From assembly GCF_001971585.1 (NCBI RefSeq), contig NZ_CP019323.1, positions 400,053-424,052 on the forward strand: a DNA stretch of 24,000 nt, given 5' to 3'. This DNA comes from Companilactobacillus allii. GTDB lineage: Bacteria; Bacillota; Bacilli; Lactobacillales; Lactobacillaceae. This document shows positions 1 through 11,572 of this stretch, piece by piece (the stretch's first letter is position 1; each line of letters starts with the position of its first letter). A program made the translations under genes and the position numbers. Below the pieces are notes generated by a model. The model worked only from the letters and a program-made list of their open reading frames with translations, had not been told where the DNA came from and made no database searches.

Positions 1-3
1 TTT

Positions 4-17
4 TGTAATCGATTACA
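4..17. promoter_or_regulatory. Candidate catabolite-responsive element (cre, CcpA/HPr-Ser-P operator)
   Basis: TGTAATCGATTACA is a perfect 14-bp palindrome. It matches the Firmicute cre consensus TGWAANCGNTNWCA at every constrained position. It sits at the window edge, so the target gene is unknown. Confidence 0.5.
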
Positions 18-259
18 GCTGAAGTGTAGCATTGCGGTATAGTCCCATTCAAGAAGTAAATATAAATTTATTGATTTTTGATATATTTATAATGCTTACA
101 ATCCCGTAATTTGGGTATCGAATTGATATTATTTTTTTTATTAAATTTATTTTCTAATTTATAGTTATCTCACTATTCGTGATTAATTTGAACCATAAAG
201 TGATGAATTGAATTCAGGCAAATAATCTAACATCGAGCAAAACTTTTATTAGAAAATTC

Positions 260-288
260 TTCACTTTTCTAATGTATCGCTGTATTAT
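260..288 (+). promoter_or_regulatory. Putative sigma-A promoter for the DUF969-DUF979-pcp operon
   Basis: TTCACT (260-265), a 17-nt spacer, then TATTAT (283-288), about 75 nt upstream of the ATG at 365. This is a by-eye match in AT-rich DNA. Confidence 0.25.
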
Positions 289-364
289 TAGAACAATATT
301 AACAATAAGAAAGGCGAACATTATAACTTTCGAGTTTTAATTTGTTCGCTAGAGGCAAAATTAT

Positions 365-1021
365 ATGGAATATCTCAAATTAATCGGCATTGTAATCATT
401 ATATTAGGTTTTGCCCTCCATTTTGATACATTGGCCGTTGTTATTACAGCAGCTTTGGCAACTGGATTGGCATCTGGAATGTCAATTACTCACTTGCTTT
501 CATTACTCGGACAAGGATTCATGGACAATAGAATGGTCTCACTTTTCCTAATAACTCTTCCAATGATTGGAGTCGTTGAAAGACATGGCTTAAAGCAAGC
601 TGCAGTAAACGGAATATCCAAACTCAAGCACCTTTCACCGGGTAAAATTTTGAATCTTTATCTAGCTATCAGAGAGATAACTTGTGCCTTTGGTATTGCA
701 CTGTCTGGTCAAGTTCAGTTCATTCGTCCCTTGATTAATCCTATGGCACAAGCTTCTGCCAGTGTTAAAGGAGCTTTATCTCCAAAAAAGGTCGATTTGA
801 TAAAGGGCCAGTCAGCCGCAATTGATAATATTGGTAACTTTTATGCCCAAAACCTCTTCATTGCATCCAGTGGCGTATTGTTGATGTCTAGCACGATGAA
901 ATCCCTAGGACATGCAGTCTCACCAAATGAGATTGCTCTATATTCAATTCCTGTAGCTTTAATCGCTTTTGTTCTAACATTTTATTACAATATGAGATTT
1001 GATAAGAAGCTACAAAATTAA
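365..1021 (+). CDS. DUF969-family integral membrane protein (putative 5-oxoproline transporter subunit)
   Basis: 218-aa ORF with an AGAGG RBS about 9 nt upstream. The protein is hydrophobic with multiple TM segments. Size, sequence character and the DUF979 plus pcp context fit the DUF969 family. The family assignment is from memory and was not searched. Confidence 0.7.
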   Translation: MEYLKLIGIVIIILGFALHFDTLAVVITAALATGLASGMSITHLLSLLGQGFMDNRMVSLFLITLPMIGVVERHGLKQAAVNGISKLKHLSPGKILNLYLAIREITCAFGIALSGQVQFIRPLINPMAQASASVKGALSPKKVDLIKGQSAAIDNIGNFYAQNLFIASSGVLLMSSTMKSLGHAVSPNEIALYSIPVALIAFVLTFYYNMRFDKKLQN

Positions 1022-1041
1022 TTTTAAGGGGATCATCTCTA

Positions 1042-1959
1042 ATGAACACAAATAATATTTTAGAGTTTTTCTACATGTTGATCGGTTTGATTATGTTATT
1101 TTCTAGTATCGAATCATTCCGTGATAAAGAGAATCCTGCCAGAATTGGTACAGGTCTATTTTGGTTGATACTAGCTGTCATATTCGCCTTTGGTGAAGCA
1201 ATACCAAGTTTTATCGTTGGAATCTTAGTTGTTTTGATTGGGGTCCTTTCATTATTCAAACAAGTAAAAGTCGGACGTATCAAGGAAGTAGACAGCAAAG
1301 TAGCTGAGAAATCTGCCAAAAAATTGGGTGCTTGGTTGTTCTTTCCAAGTGTTGTTTTAGCAATCTTGTCCGTCTCGATCGGACAATTTACTTCACTTGG
1401 TGGACAAGTCGGTATTGGTATTGCCTCAGTTGTTTCGTTGATCATCGCTATAATCATGACCAGATCCAGTGGTAAAACTGCTTATCATGATAGTGAGAGA
1501 ATGGTTAGATCAGTTGGTACTGCCGGTATTCTACCGCAACTACTGGCCACTTTAGGTGTTATCTTCACCGCTTCTGGAATTGGGGACTTAATTTCCAAAT
1601 CTATTTCAGGAATTTTCCCAGTTGGTAATCATCTACTCGGAGTCATCTTATACGGTGTTGCCATGGCTGTATTTACAATGATCATGGGGAATGCTTTCGC
1701 TGCCTTTGCGGTTATCACGGCTGGTATCGGTATACCGTTCATAGTCATGCAAGGTGGTTCACCCATTGTTGTTGCCGCATTGGGGATGACTTGTGGATAT
1801 TGTGGTACTTTACTGACACCAATGGCTGCCAATTTTAATTCACTGCCAGTGGCTTTAATGGAAATGAAAGATAATCTCGGTGTCATAAAGCAACAGATAC
1901 CAATTGCCTTCTCATTATTAGCTATTCAAATAGTTCTCATGTATGTACTAGCATTTTAA
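1042..1959 (+). CDS. DUF979-family integral membrane protein (putative 5-oxoproline transporter subunit)
   Basis: 305-aa polytopic membrane ORF starting 20 nt after the DUF969 stop, with an AAGGGGA RBS. It is followed 19 nt later by pcp. DUF969-DUF979-pcp is a recurrent conserved triad. Confidence 0.7.
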   Translation: MNTNNILEFFYMLIGLIMLFSSIESFRDKENPARIGTGLFWLILAVIFAFGEAIPSFIVGILVVLIGVLSLFKQVKVGRIKEVDSKVAEKSAKKLGAWLFFPSVVLAILSVSIGQFTSLGGQVGIGIASVVSLIIAIIMTRSSGKTAYHDSERMVRSVGTAGILPQLLATLGVIFTASGIGDLISKSISGIFPVGNHLLGVILYGVAMAVFTMIMGNAFAAFAVITAGIGIPFIVMQGGSPIVVAALGMTCGYCGTLLTPMAANFNSLPVALMEMKDNLGVIKQQIPIAFSLLAIQIVLMYVLAF

Positions 1960-1978
1960 AAAATTAAGGAGAAAATTT

Positions 1979-2626
1979 ATGAAAATTTTAGTTACAGGCT
2001 TTGATCCATTCGGTACCGACAAAATCAATCCAGCTATTGAAGCAGTCAAAAAACTTCCTGACAATATTTCTGGTGCAGAAATTATCAAACTGGAGATCCC
2101 AACGATTTTTAATAAATGTGCTGAAGTAGTACACAAAAAAATTGAAGAAGTTAAACCAGACTACGTCTTAGATATCGGACAAGCCGGTGGACGCTTTGCG
2201 TTAACACCTGAACGAGTAGCTATTAACTTTGACGATGGAAGAATCAAGGACAACGCCGGATATCAACCTAGAAATACTCCAATCCATGAAGACGGTCAAA
2301 ACGCCTACTTCACACAATTGCCAGTTAAAGCTATGGCAACTGCCATTCAAAATGCTGGACTGCCCAGTTATGTCTCAACTACTGCCGGCACATATGTCTG
2401 CAATCACATCATGTATCAAGTCCAATACTTCATTGATAAGGACTTCCCTGACTTAAAAGCTGGATTTATGCACATTCCATTTTTGCCTGATCAAGTTGTT
2501 GACAGACCAGGTACAGCTTGCTTGTCGCTGGACGATGATGTCCGTGGTATCACTGCTGCTATTGAGGCTATTGTTCAACGTGATGGTAAGGGTGATCTGG
2601 ATGTTATTGGTGGTAGTGTTGATTGA
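1979..2626 (+). CDS. pcp: Pyroglutamyl-peptidase I (pyrrolidone-carboxylate peptidase, peptidase family C15)
   Basis: 215 aa with an AAGGAG RBS. Hallmark motifs are the [13 protein letters not shown]-terminus, [15 protein letters not shown] (Glu), AGTYVCNH (catalytic Cys) and GFMHIPF (His). Confidence 0.93.
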   Translation: MKILVTGFDPFGTDKINPAIEAVKKLPDNISGAEIIKLEIPTIFNKCAEVVHKKIEEVKPDYVLDIGQAGGRFALTPERVAINFDDGRIKDNAGYQPRNTPIHEDGQNAYFTQLPVKAMATAIQNAGLPSYVSTTAGTYVCNHIMYQVQYFIDKDFPDLKAGFMHIPFLPDQVVDRPGTACLSLDDDVRGITAAIEAIVQRDGKGDLDVIGGSVD

Positions 2627-2660
2627 TTAGATGATAGTAATAGTTTTGAATACTTGAAAT

Positions 2661-2700
2661 AAAAAAGATTCTCATCGTTTTTGATGAGAATCTTTTTATT
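2661..2700. terminator. Bidirectional rho-independent terminator shared by pcp (+) and the SemiSWEET operon (-)
   Basis: Arms AAAAGATTCTCATC (2663-2676) and GATGAGAATCTTTT (2683-2696) form a perfect 14-bp stem with a 6-nt loop. The flanking A-run and T-run give a U-tract on either strand. Confidence 0.85.
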
Positions 2701-2722
2701 TCTTACGGATATTAATTGTAAA

Positions 2723-3004
2723 TCATAGTGCCGTTACAAAAGTTAAAATGCCTAAAACAATTCCAGGTAGATTAGCGATTATTACTGGCCAATCCTTTTT
2801 TCTTTTCAATAATCCGTAAGAAACCCACAAAGTGCTGTTCAAGGCGGCACATAACGGCTGTAAAGGGCTGCCTTTACTACCAGCCAAATTATTCATTATT
2901 TGTGGAATATAAGAAACATACATTAGTATCGAGAAGATTGTTGCTAGTCGACTAACATAAAACAACATATTTTTATTTGCTCTTTGAATTTTTGGTTGAT
3001 TCAT
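2723..3004 (-). CDS. SemiSWEET / PQ-loop family small sugar transporter (3 TM)
   Basis: The ATG at 3004 is preceded by GAGGGA. The ORF-track start at 3016 is a TTG four codons upstream. The 93-aa protein has three hydrophobic helices and a PQ motif in YVSYIPQIMNNL. It starts 8 nt after the GH1 stop. Confidence 0.7.
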   Translation of the reverse strand: MNQPKIQRANKNMLFYVSRLATIFSILMYVSYIPQIMNNLAGSKGSPLQPLCAALNSTLWVSYGLLKRKKDWPVIIANLPGIVLGILTFVTAL

Positions 3005-3012
3005 ATTTTCCC

Positions 3013-4485
<1,473 letters not shown>

Positions 4486-5394
4486 TTATACACTACCTAC
4501 ACTTTTAAATTCTTTGTCACCTATTTCAAATTTTGAAATAGCACCGTATAAATTAGCATTATTATAAAATTTTGAACTGACAATTTTAGGCTTTTCTAAA
4601 GTTTGATCAACAAACTCATTCTCAGACCTTAATTCGTCAAAAGCTTGTTTTATACCTTCCACAACAATTTTTTGACGTGAAATCCCTCCACCAATAACAT
4701 ATTGATCTACATCCAATACTGTTTGCATATTGTGAATTAATAATGCAATACTCCAGCAAAAATCTTTAAATCGAGCTTGAGCAAAAACATCCTTATTTCT
4801 AATTAATTCAAATACTTGTGGACCATCATTTTGATCTACTAAATTATAATGACTAGCAATATCTTGAACTAGCCCTACTGCAGATCCTTTTCCACCCATT
4901 AAATTATCTTTATCAAACTTGCCACAACTCATGAAACTAACTTCACCAGCTTGGCAGTGGCTTCCATAAACTAAGTGATGATTCAAAACTATTCCAGAAC
5001 CTACGCCAGTCCCTAGAACCAACATAACTCCATTATTAATGTCCTCCAATGAACCTTGCCACATTTCAGCTAAAGCAGCAGCCTTAGCATCATTTTCAAC
5101 AAAGATGGGCAACTTTGTATCAAGTGCCTCTCCAAATGAGATGCCATCTAAAAAGGGAAGTGAACCTCCAAAGCTAACCCTTTTGTCTTTAGCATTAACT
5201 TTTCCAGGAACACTAATACCGATACCAGACGCTTGATGGAATTTTTGAATAATTTCATTAAGTCTCTTTAAGAATTCACTTTGCGAAGTCTTGATAGTAT
5301 CTTCAGAATATTTCTTCAAAAGTTGTCCTTGATCGTTGATCAAGGCATATTTTAGTTTGGTTCCACCAATATCAAAGGCTAAATAGGTTTTCAT
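4486..5394 (-). CDS. ROK-family sugar kinase (candidate beta-glucoside kinase, BglK-like)
   Basis: 302 aa with an AGGAG RBS. It has the N-terminal ATPase motif AFDIGGTKLKYALI and the ROK-type LGTGVGSGIV ... GSHCQAGEVSF region. Its stop TAA abuts the GH1 ATG directly (TAAATG). Confidence 0.85.
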   Translation of the reverse strand: MKTYLAFDIGGTKLKYALINDQGQLLKKYSEDTIKTSQSEFLKRLNEIIQKFHQASGIGISVPGKVNAKDKRVSFGGSLPFLDGISFGEALDTKLPIFVENDAKAAALAEMWQGSLEDINNGVMLVLGTGVGSGIVLNHHLVYGSHCQAGEVSFMSCGKFDKDNLMGGKGSAVGLVQDIASHYNLVDQNDGPQVFELIRNKDVFAQARFKDFCWSIALLIHNMQTVLDVDQYVIGGGISRQKIVVEGIKQAFDELRSENEFVDQTLEKPKIVSSKFYNNANLYGAISKFEIGDKEFKSVGSV

Positions 5395-5514
5395 TTATCT
5401 ATCTCCTACTCTATTTACTATTACCATATTTTTTATTATCGTGATTCTGTTATTATTAATTTGTTAGTTATCACTTTTTTTTAACAAATAAAGCTTTTTA
5501 ATTGAGGTACAAAT

Positions 5515-6627
5515 ATGAACTTTAAAACAATTACTGACTATTTCCATGATGCAACTAATCTATCGATCTTTATTTTTAACATCCAAAATAAAGATATTTA
5601 TTTATCTAAAACTCCCATTACCCCGATGCTACCGAATAATCTCAAAATAAAATTACTTAATAATATCAATAAAGAAATAACAATCTCAATTTTTTCAAAT
5701 ATTGGTGCCATTGCTACTTTTCAACTGAATAATACAAAGTTCATTATTTGGGCCACTTCAAATGCCATTACAGGTAATGGAAAATACGATGATAAAATTC
5801 CATTAATTGACTTTAATACTTTTAAATCACAGTTGACTCTCTTCTACATATCCTTAACTCAAGACACCCCTACATTCTCTAGTAATCAACTAGATTTAAT
5901 TGATTATGATATTATTGATCGTCCCAACCAACAAATCGAATCATTCAATGAACATAAGCCATCACACAATGGTTATCTAGCTGAACAAAAAATGTTACTT
6001 GGAGTTGAACATGGTAATCTCAATGAATTCAACGACAATTACGTTAATTTCATGAATAAAGGTAACTTCGGAGTTCTATCTCCTGATGATCTACGAAGTA
6101 AAAAGAATATTACTGTGGCTGCAACAACCTTATTTACCCGTGCTGCCATTCGTGGTGGTATGTTTGCTGAAGATGCCTATAATTTGAGCGACGAATGTAT
6201 TAAAAAGACCGAGTCCATCAGAAATATCACTAATATTTACGAATACACACGAACGATTGGTGAGAGATTTGTTAAAAATGTTGCTCAAATCAAGCGTCAG
6301 AACATTCCCTCAATCATTTATCGTGCTCAAGAGTATATTTATGATAATTTATCTACTGTAGAAGATGTCGGAGAAATTGCCCAAAGTGTGGGCTGCAGTA
6401 AATCTTACTTGATGCATCTCTTTAAAGACACCACCGGTATTAGCGTTATAGAATTTCTAACGGCTCAAAAGATACTTTCGGCTAAGCAATTGTTAATCTT
6501 CACACAATTACCAATCAATGAAATTGCCACCTTAATGGGTTATAAAAATCAGTCACAACTATCACGTACTTTCAAAAAAATGACCGGAGTATCACCCATT
6601 AACTTCAGAAAAAGCCAACATATTTAA
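5515..6627 (+). CDS. AraC/XylS-family transcriptional regulator with a long non-canonical N-terminal domain
   Basis: 370 aa with a GAGG RBS. The C-terminal roughly 100 aa carry the double HTH (IAQSVGCSKSYLMHLFKDTTGISVIEFL and INEIATLMGYKNQSQLSRTFKKMTGVSPINFR). It is read divergently from the ROK-GH1-SemiSWEET operon. Confidence 0.88.
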   Translation: MNFKTITDYFHDATNLSIFIFNIQNKDIYLSKTPITPMLPNNLKIKLLNNINKEITISIFSNIGAIATFQLNNTKFIIWATSNAITGNGKYDDKIPLIDFNTFKSQLTLFYISLTQDTPTFSSNQLDLIDYDIIDRPNQQIESFNEHKPSHNGYLAEQKMLLGVEHGNLNEFNDNYVNFMNKGNFGVLSPDDLRSKKNITVAATTLFTRAAIRGGMFAEDAYNLSDECIKKTESIRNITNIYEYTRTIGERFVKNVAQIKRQNIPSIIYRAQEYIYDNLSTVEDVGEIAQSVGCSKSYLMHLFKDTTGISVIEFLTAQKILSAKQLLIFTQLPINEIATLMGYKNQSQLSRTFKKMTGVSPINFRKSQHI

Positions 6628-6660
6628 AAATACTCGATTCGTTTTGAATCGAGTATTTTT
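6626..6660. terminator. Bidirectional rho-independent terminator between convergent AraC and esterase genes
   Basis: AAAAATACTCGATTC (6626-6640), loop GTTTT, then GAATCGAGTATTTTT (6646-6660). The stem is perfect with A and T runs on both sides. It overlaps both stop codons. Confidence 0.85.
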
Positions 6661-7522
6661 ATTTGAGAAAGTTAGCAATCTTATTCAAAGCTTGATTTGT
6701 CTCAGGCATATCGAATAAAACAAATACGTGGAATAAATCTTGCCAAACATTCCAAGTAACATCCACACCAGCTTTTTGGCAGAGATAATTCAATATTTTT
6801 GAATCATCATATTTAACTTCTTCACTACCACAATTGATCATTAATGGTGGAAAGTCAGTAAAGTCTCCATAAATTGGTGAAACTAGTGGATTTTTAGCAT
6901 AAGGATTGTCAAAATATGGAACTGGATCGCCAGCTCCTAAAAGCATTGGGTCACGTTCTTGCATCAAAAACTCTGAGGCTACTGTATTAATCTGCGTAAT
7001 AACTGGTGAAAAGACCGCAATTCTATCAGGCAAATCTTCACCAGCGGCTTTTAATTGCAGCGTTAGAGTTAACGCCAACGTAGCCCCAGCGGACTCACCG
7101 AATACGACAACATGTTGATACTTTTCTTTCAAGAATTTATACGCTGCAACTACATCCTCTTGAGCAGCGGGATGCTTAGCCTCAGGCCATTGTCGATAGT
7201 CGACTGAGAAACCGTCATAATTTAATCTATTTAACAGTCCAAAACAAAGATTTCTTCTTGATTTAACTGAACCTGTCGCATACATACCACCATGAATGAA
7301 TAACAATACTGTGTCATCCTTACTATTATCTAATTGATAATATTCACCTTTAACTTCATCATGATATTCTTCTAATTTCATATTATTGGGAATTGGTACA
7401 CCATTATGATTATCGGCATCAGTTCTCAAGAATGCCACCTGATCAGCTTTCAGACTGTCAGTTTGTTGTTGCTTAATAGTTTTAGCAATTTCAATTGCTT
7501 GTTTTGCCTGTTCACTTAACAT
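6659..7522 (-). CDS. Alpha/beta-hydrolase, HSL-like (family IV) carboxylesterase
   Basis: 287 aa with an AGAGGT RBS. It has the oxyanion motif HGGMY, the nucleophile elbow GESAGA and a C-terminal DLFHVF (catalytic His). No signal peptide. Confidence 0.85.
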   Translation of the reverse strand: MLSEQAKQAIEIAKTIKQQQTDSLKADQVAFLRTDADNHNGVPIPNNMKLEEYHDEVKGEYYQLDNSKDDTVLLFIHGGMYATGSVKSRRNLCFGLLNRLNYDGFSVDYRQWPEAKHPAAQEDVVAAYKFLKEKYQHVVVFGESAGATLALTLTLQLKAAGEDLPDRIAVFSPVITQINTVASEFLMQERDPMLLGAGDPVPYFDNPYAKNPLVSPIYGDFTDFPPLMINCGSEEVKYDDSKILNYLCQKAGVDVTWNVWQDLFHVFVLFDMPETNQALNKIANFLK

Positions 7523-7532
7523 GTTTTTACCT

Positions 7533-8744
7533 CTAATTTTGAGTTTTTATATTATTGGATAATTTATCAATTTCTTTATATTCCAATTTCGAATAATTAA
7601 TACCTGCTACAGCTGAAAAAATGAACAATACTGCAAAGATAACTAAACCGGCTTCGAAAGTGAAACCAGGCTCTAAATTGTTAAATAATGACGAAATTCC
7701 TTTAGCAAAGTAAGGCGAAATTAATGTACCAACATTTGCACAAGTCATAACTACAGACGTTGAAAAAGCAACTTGACTCGCAGATGTCATTCTATTGATA
7801 TTAGCAATCATTGATGACATAAAGACTGATACAGAAATACCTAACAAAATAACTCCAATTGCACTTACAAATAAAGAATGCGAAATACTTAATAGTAAAA
7901 ATGATACTGTTGAAAATCCTAATCCGAATGTACTTGTGTATTTAAACCAATGCTTTTGAATATACATAAACAAGAATCCACCCGCAACCATTGCAAAGGC
8001 CATTAATCCAAGCAAGGTACTTGCATCAGACGCCGTTCCATAGTTTCTTGAAACAACTAACAAAGCAAACTTAATTGAAATGAAGGCAAATGTTGCATTG
8101 AAAAGGAAAGCAAATGTAGCTAATAACCAAATTTTTCCATCAACTTTTTTACTGCTCTTACTTTGACCACTATCAGTTACTGTTTCTGAAACCATTCCAA
8201 TTGTCTTTGGTACATAAATACCAACTAAAAGAATAATTGGTAGAACAATTAAATAGACCCAATATGACATTTGCCAACCACCATTCAATAAAACACCAGC
8301 TGCAAAAGTCATGATAAACATTCCTAATCCTTGACAAACACTTGATAATCCAAGCATTTTTTGTTGATCACGTCCCTTATATAATTGAATAATTAAAGAT
8401 TGTGAGAAAGACATCAGTAGACCAGTACCCAACCCTAGGACAACTCTTGACACAAGAATCAATGAGAAATTCATTGTAATTGCTGGAACAATTCCACCGA
8501 TAAATATCAAAACCAACCCAGACATAATAGTTCTTTTGATGCCGATAAAATCTGCCACAATATTACTAATGGGTGTAAAAATAATAATTCCCAATGACGG
8601 AATTGTCATCAATAACTCAATAGTTGTAGGACTAATATTCGAAAAGCTCTTCATCATTAATGGTATGGTAGCAGCCGTTGCACCTGTACTAACCGTAAAG
8701 ACAGACAATATCAAAATTGCAAAACGTGTCATTATTTTTTTCAT
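7533..8744 (-). CDS. MFS-type permease (12 TM)
   Basis: 403-aa highly hydrophobic ORF with about 12 predicted helices split by a central hydrophilic loop (SETVTDSGQSKSSKKVDGK). It starts 2 nt after the GH78 stop. Confidence 0.8.
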   Translation of the reverse strand: MKKIMTRFAILILSVFTVSTGATAATIPLMMKSFSNISPTTIELLMTIPSLGIIIFTPISNIVADFIGIKRTIMSGLVLIFIGGIVPAITMNFSLILVSRVVLGLGTGLLMSFSQSLIIQLYKGRDQQKMLGLSSVCQGLGMFIMTFAAGVLLNGGWQMSYWVYLIVLPIILLVGIYVPKTIGMVSETVTDSGQSKSSKKVDGKIWLLATFAFLFNATFAFISIKFALLVVSRNYGTASDASTLLGLMAFAMVAGGFLFMYIQKHWFKYTSTFGLGFSTVSFLLLSISHSLFVSAIGVILLGISVSVFMSSMIANINRMTSASQVAFSTSVVMTCANVGTLISPYFAKGISSLFNNLEPGFTFEAGLVIFAVLFIFSAVAGINYSKLEYKEIDKLSNNIKTQN

Positions 8745-8746
8745 AA

Positions 8747-11548
8747 TTACTTATCCTTTTTTATTTGTTCAATTTTATAATCCATGAACATCTGATTAAT
8801 TCGGTCAATCTGTGTTTGAGTTAATGGTGAAAAACCAATGCCTTTCATTTCTTGACTCAACTGCAAAATCGAATAATCTTTGAAATGTTCCATATTGCCA
8901 GGTAAATTGAGAAAACCCCAGAATGGAACCAGTTTATTTAACTTATTCGTAATATCTTTATTTCCAATGAACTTAGCCAATGCTGTATGGATGTCAAAGT
9001 TGTTCACCAACGGAGTTGTGGTTTGATAACTAATTTCATGGTGGCCATTTGTTAAAATATCTCCGTTCTCATGCTGCACCCCATCGGCTAGCCATGTTTT
9101 GGTCTTGGGTAATTCAACCACGGCAGACTGATTATAAGGTAAGTCCAGTATTACTTTGACTACACTACCTGAACTAGATATCTTCCAAGCCACTCTGACT
9201 TGTCCAGTAGTTAATTGTGTATAGCCTTCCATAGAACTAAACTTCGGACTAATTTCTGGTTTGATGACCAGTTGGTTGCCTTGTTTAATTCCTAATAAAT
9301 ATTCATAAGCCCACTGCATCACGGCACCAGTCGAATAATGATTTAATGAATTCATCCCATTATCATTAATTTTTCCATCTGGGTTAACCGAATCCCAACG
9401 TTCCCAAATAGTTGTAGCACCTAATTTGACCTGATAAAGCCAGCTAGGGTAATCCTCATTTAAAAACAATTGTACGGCTAGTTCATTTTGATTATTTTGT
9501 GATAATGCTGGTAGTAATGCCGGAGTTCCAACAAAACCAGTTGTTAAATGATTTCGATCTTTCTCAATTCTTTCTACCAATTTATCTGCTAATTTTCTTT
9601 GATCACCATGTGGGTATAGTCGTAGATTTAAACATATGGATAAAGCAGTTTGAGTATCTGTAATTAAACGACCACTTCCGGTAAAGAACTCAGTAATAAA
9701 GGATTCTTTTATCTTTTCTGATAGTAATTGATAATATTCATGTTCTCGTTTGGCATTTAAAACTTCAGCACTGTCAGCAACTATTTTGACCGATTGATAA
9801 TAATAAGCACTGGCAATTAATTCATCTGGAGTTTTGCCTTTCAAATGCATAATATCTTCAGTATCTAAAGCCAACCAATCTCCTAGTTGATCTGCATCTA
9901 ACCATAGAAATTCATTACGTGTTTGCTTAGCATAGTCATGAACCCAATCGACCCATGACATCATTGCTCCAAAATTCTGAAGTAAAACCGATTTGTCCTT
10001 GGTCCTGAGATAACTTATCCATGGAATAATAGTTGCAACATCACTCCAAACGGCTTTTCCACCATCGTCACCGTCAACAGCTGGTACGTAAAGTGGAACT
10101 TTTCCATTGTTGATGCTCTGCTCAACCGCTATATCATAAGAATATTTACGATTAAATTGGTAAGTATCCATGTTGTAACTAGCCGTTTTAGCAAAAATTG
10201 CTGCATCTCCGGTCCAACCTAATCGTTCATCACGTTGTGAACAGTCTGTCGGAACATCCATAAAATTACTCCGTTGCCCCCATTGAACATTACTGAATAA
10301 TTGATTAACTAACTTATTATCTGATTTGATATTGCCAATTGATTCCATATCTGAATACAAGGCTCTGGCTTGAAAATTATCTACGTCAAAATCATTAGGA
10401 AAACCAATTAGTTTGACATATCTAAATCCAAAATAACTAAAATGTGGCCTTACTGGATGTACTTGTCCATCACTGACATAAGTAAAGGTGGCTCGAGCAG
10501 ATCTTAAATTACCTCGATATAATTCACCATTTTGAATGATTTCACCATACTCTAATTCAACCTTGGTACCTTTAGGTAGTGTATTTTTGAAAGTAACCCA
10601 ACCAGCCATATTCTGACCAAAATCTAGTACAACTCCATTACTTGGTGTGATGATTTTTTCTTTAACCCTAAATGATTCATGTTCTTTGATCGGTAAACTG
10701 AGGCGATCTTTTAAATGCTTGCTTGGTTGCTCAAAAGTCTTTAATAGTAATTTGTTTGCTAGGACTGTTTGATCAAGATCTTCACCATAATAAATTCCCG
10801 AATGAGTAATCTGCGAAGATTGAGCCTGCCAAGAATCATCCGTGCCAATATTGTGTTCAACTCCAGCATTATCGCTATAATCAATTTCAGCATTCGCCAT
10901 CAAGGCATTACCATATTGGTTTGCCTTGCCACCATGCTCCTTGATACCTAATTTTCCTCGATACCAACCATCACCTAAACTAATCCTTATCGTATGCACC
11001 CCTGGTGATTGAAGGAACTTAGTAATATCATGAGTCGCAATTTGAACGTAATAATTATAATTAGTAAAACCTGGTGCTAAATATTCAGTTCCAATTTTTT
11101 GATCATCAATATAAACTTCATAAACACCTAAACCACTAACATATAGTCTTCCTTGAGAAACTTCCTTAGGTACATTTATTTGTTTAATTAAATTTAGTCC
11201 ATGAATACTGGCATCATCAGTTCCAATCCATTGACTATTGTTAAACCCCGTCATCAATCCTGTTTCAAAAAACGCGCTTTTTGAAATTATTTCTTGGGTA
11301 TCTTTTAATTCAAATTTCACATTATATCTGGTTTTACTTTGTAATTGAAAAACTGGTTTAAAAATTAAATCTTCGGCAATTTGCCATTCTGTTTTAAAAA
11401 CAATTTCATTATCAGTAGTGATTATTAATCTTTTTTTCAAATTGTCGGGATATTTATCTGCATGAATCGTCCCATTAATGAATAGATCATTTAATTCAAA
11501 TCCAATAGGATTGTTCATGTGGTTTATTCTTATTTGTTCAATCTCCAA
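8747..11548 (-). CDS. GH78 alpha-L-rhamnosidase (intracellular)
   Basis: The roughly 933-938 aa ORF has an N-terminus (EIEQIRINHMNNPIGFEL) typical of bacterial GH78 enzymes. Size and internal motifs such as DCSQRDERLGWTGDA and WERWDS also fit. The ORF track starts at the TTG at 11563. I prefer the TTG at 11548, which has GGGGGAA 6 nt upstream. No signal peptide. Confidence 0.88.
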   Translation of the reverse strand: MEIEQIRINHMNNPIGFELNDLFINGTIHADKYPDNLKKRLIITTDNEIVFKTEWQIAEDLIFKPVFQLQSKTRYNVKFELKDTQEIISKSAFFETGLMTGFNNSQWIGTDDASIHGLNLIKQINVPKEVSQGRLYVSGLGVYEVYIDDQKIGTEYLAPGFTNYNYYVQIATHDITKFLQSPGVHTIRISLGDGWYRGKLGIKEHGGKANQYGNALMANAEIDYSDNAGVEHNIGTDDSWQAQSSQITHSGIYYGEDLDQTVLANKLLLKTFEQPSKHLKDRLSLPIKEHESFRVKEKIITPSNGVVLDFGQNMAGWVTFKNTLPKGTKVELEYGEIIQNGELYRGNLRSARATFTYVSDGQVHPVRPHFSYFGFRYVKLIGFPNDFDVDNFQARALYSDMESIGNIKSDNKLVNQLFSNVQWGQRSNFMDVPTDCSQRDERLGWTGDAAIFAKTASYNMDTYQFNRKYSYDIAVEQSINNGKVPLYVPAVDGDDGGKAVWSDVATIIPWISYLRTKDKSVLLQNFGAMMSWVDWVHDYAKQTRNEFLWLDADQLGDWLALDTEDIMHLKGKTPDELIASAYYYQSVKIVADSAEVLNAKREHEYYQLLSEKIKESFITEFFTGSGRLITDTQTALSICLNLRLYPHGDQRKLADKLVERIEKDRNHLTTGFVGTPALLPALSQNNQNELAVQLFLNEDYPSWLYQVKLGATTIWERWDSVNPDGKINDNGMNSLNHYSTGAVMQWAYEYLLGIKQGNQLVIKPEISPKFSSMEGYTQLTTGQVRVAWKISSSGSVVKVILDLPYNQSAVVELPKTKTWLADGVQHENGDILTNGHHEISYQTTTPLVNNFDIHTALAKFIGNKDITNKLNKLVPFWGFLNLPGNMEHFKDYSILQLSQEMKGIGFSPLTQTQIDRINQMFMDYKIEQIKKDK

Positions 11549-11572
11549 ATCATATTCCCCCAATCCATTTTA

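Noticed and set aside
249-272. Inverted repeat TTAGAAAA, 8-nt loop, TTTTCTAA in the pcp-operon leader, and the GCGAACA/TGTTCGC repeat at 314-349.
   Set aside because: The stems are short and AT-rich or have a long loop. No U-tract follows, and no riboswitch or T-box features are recognisable. This is likely chance in AT-rich non-coding DNA.
5441-5474. GTGAT ... ATCAC inverted ends in the AraC / ROK divergent intergenic region, considered as an operator.
   Set aside because: Only 5 bp are symmetric, with a 24-nt non-symmetric centre. That is too weak to call without comparative data.
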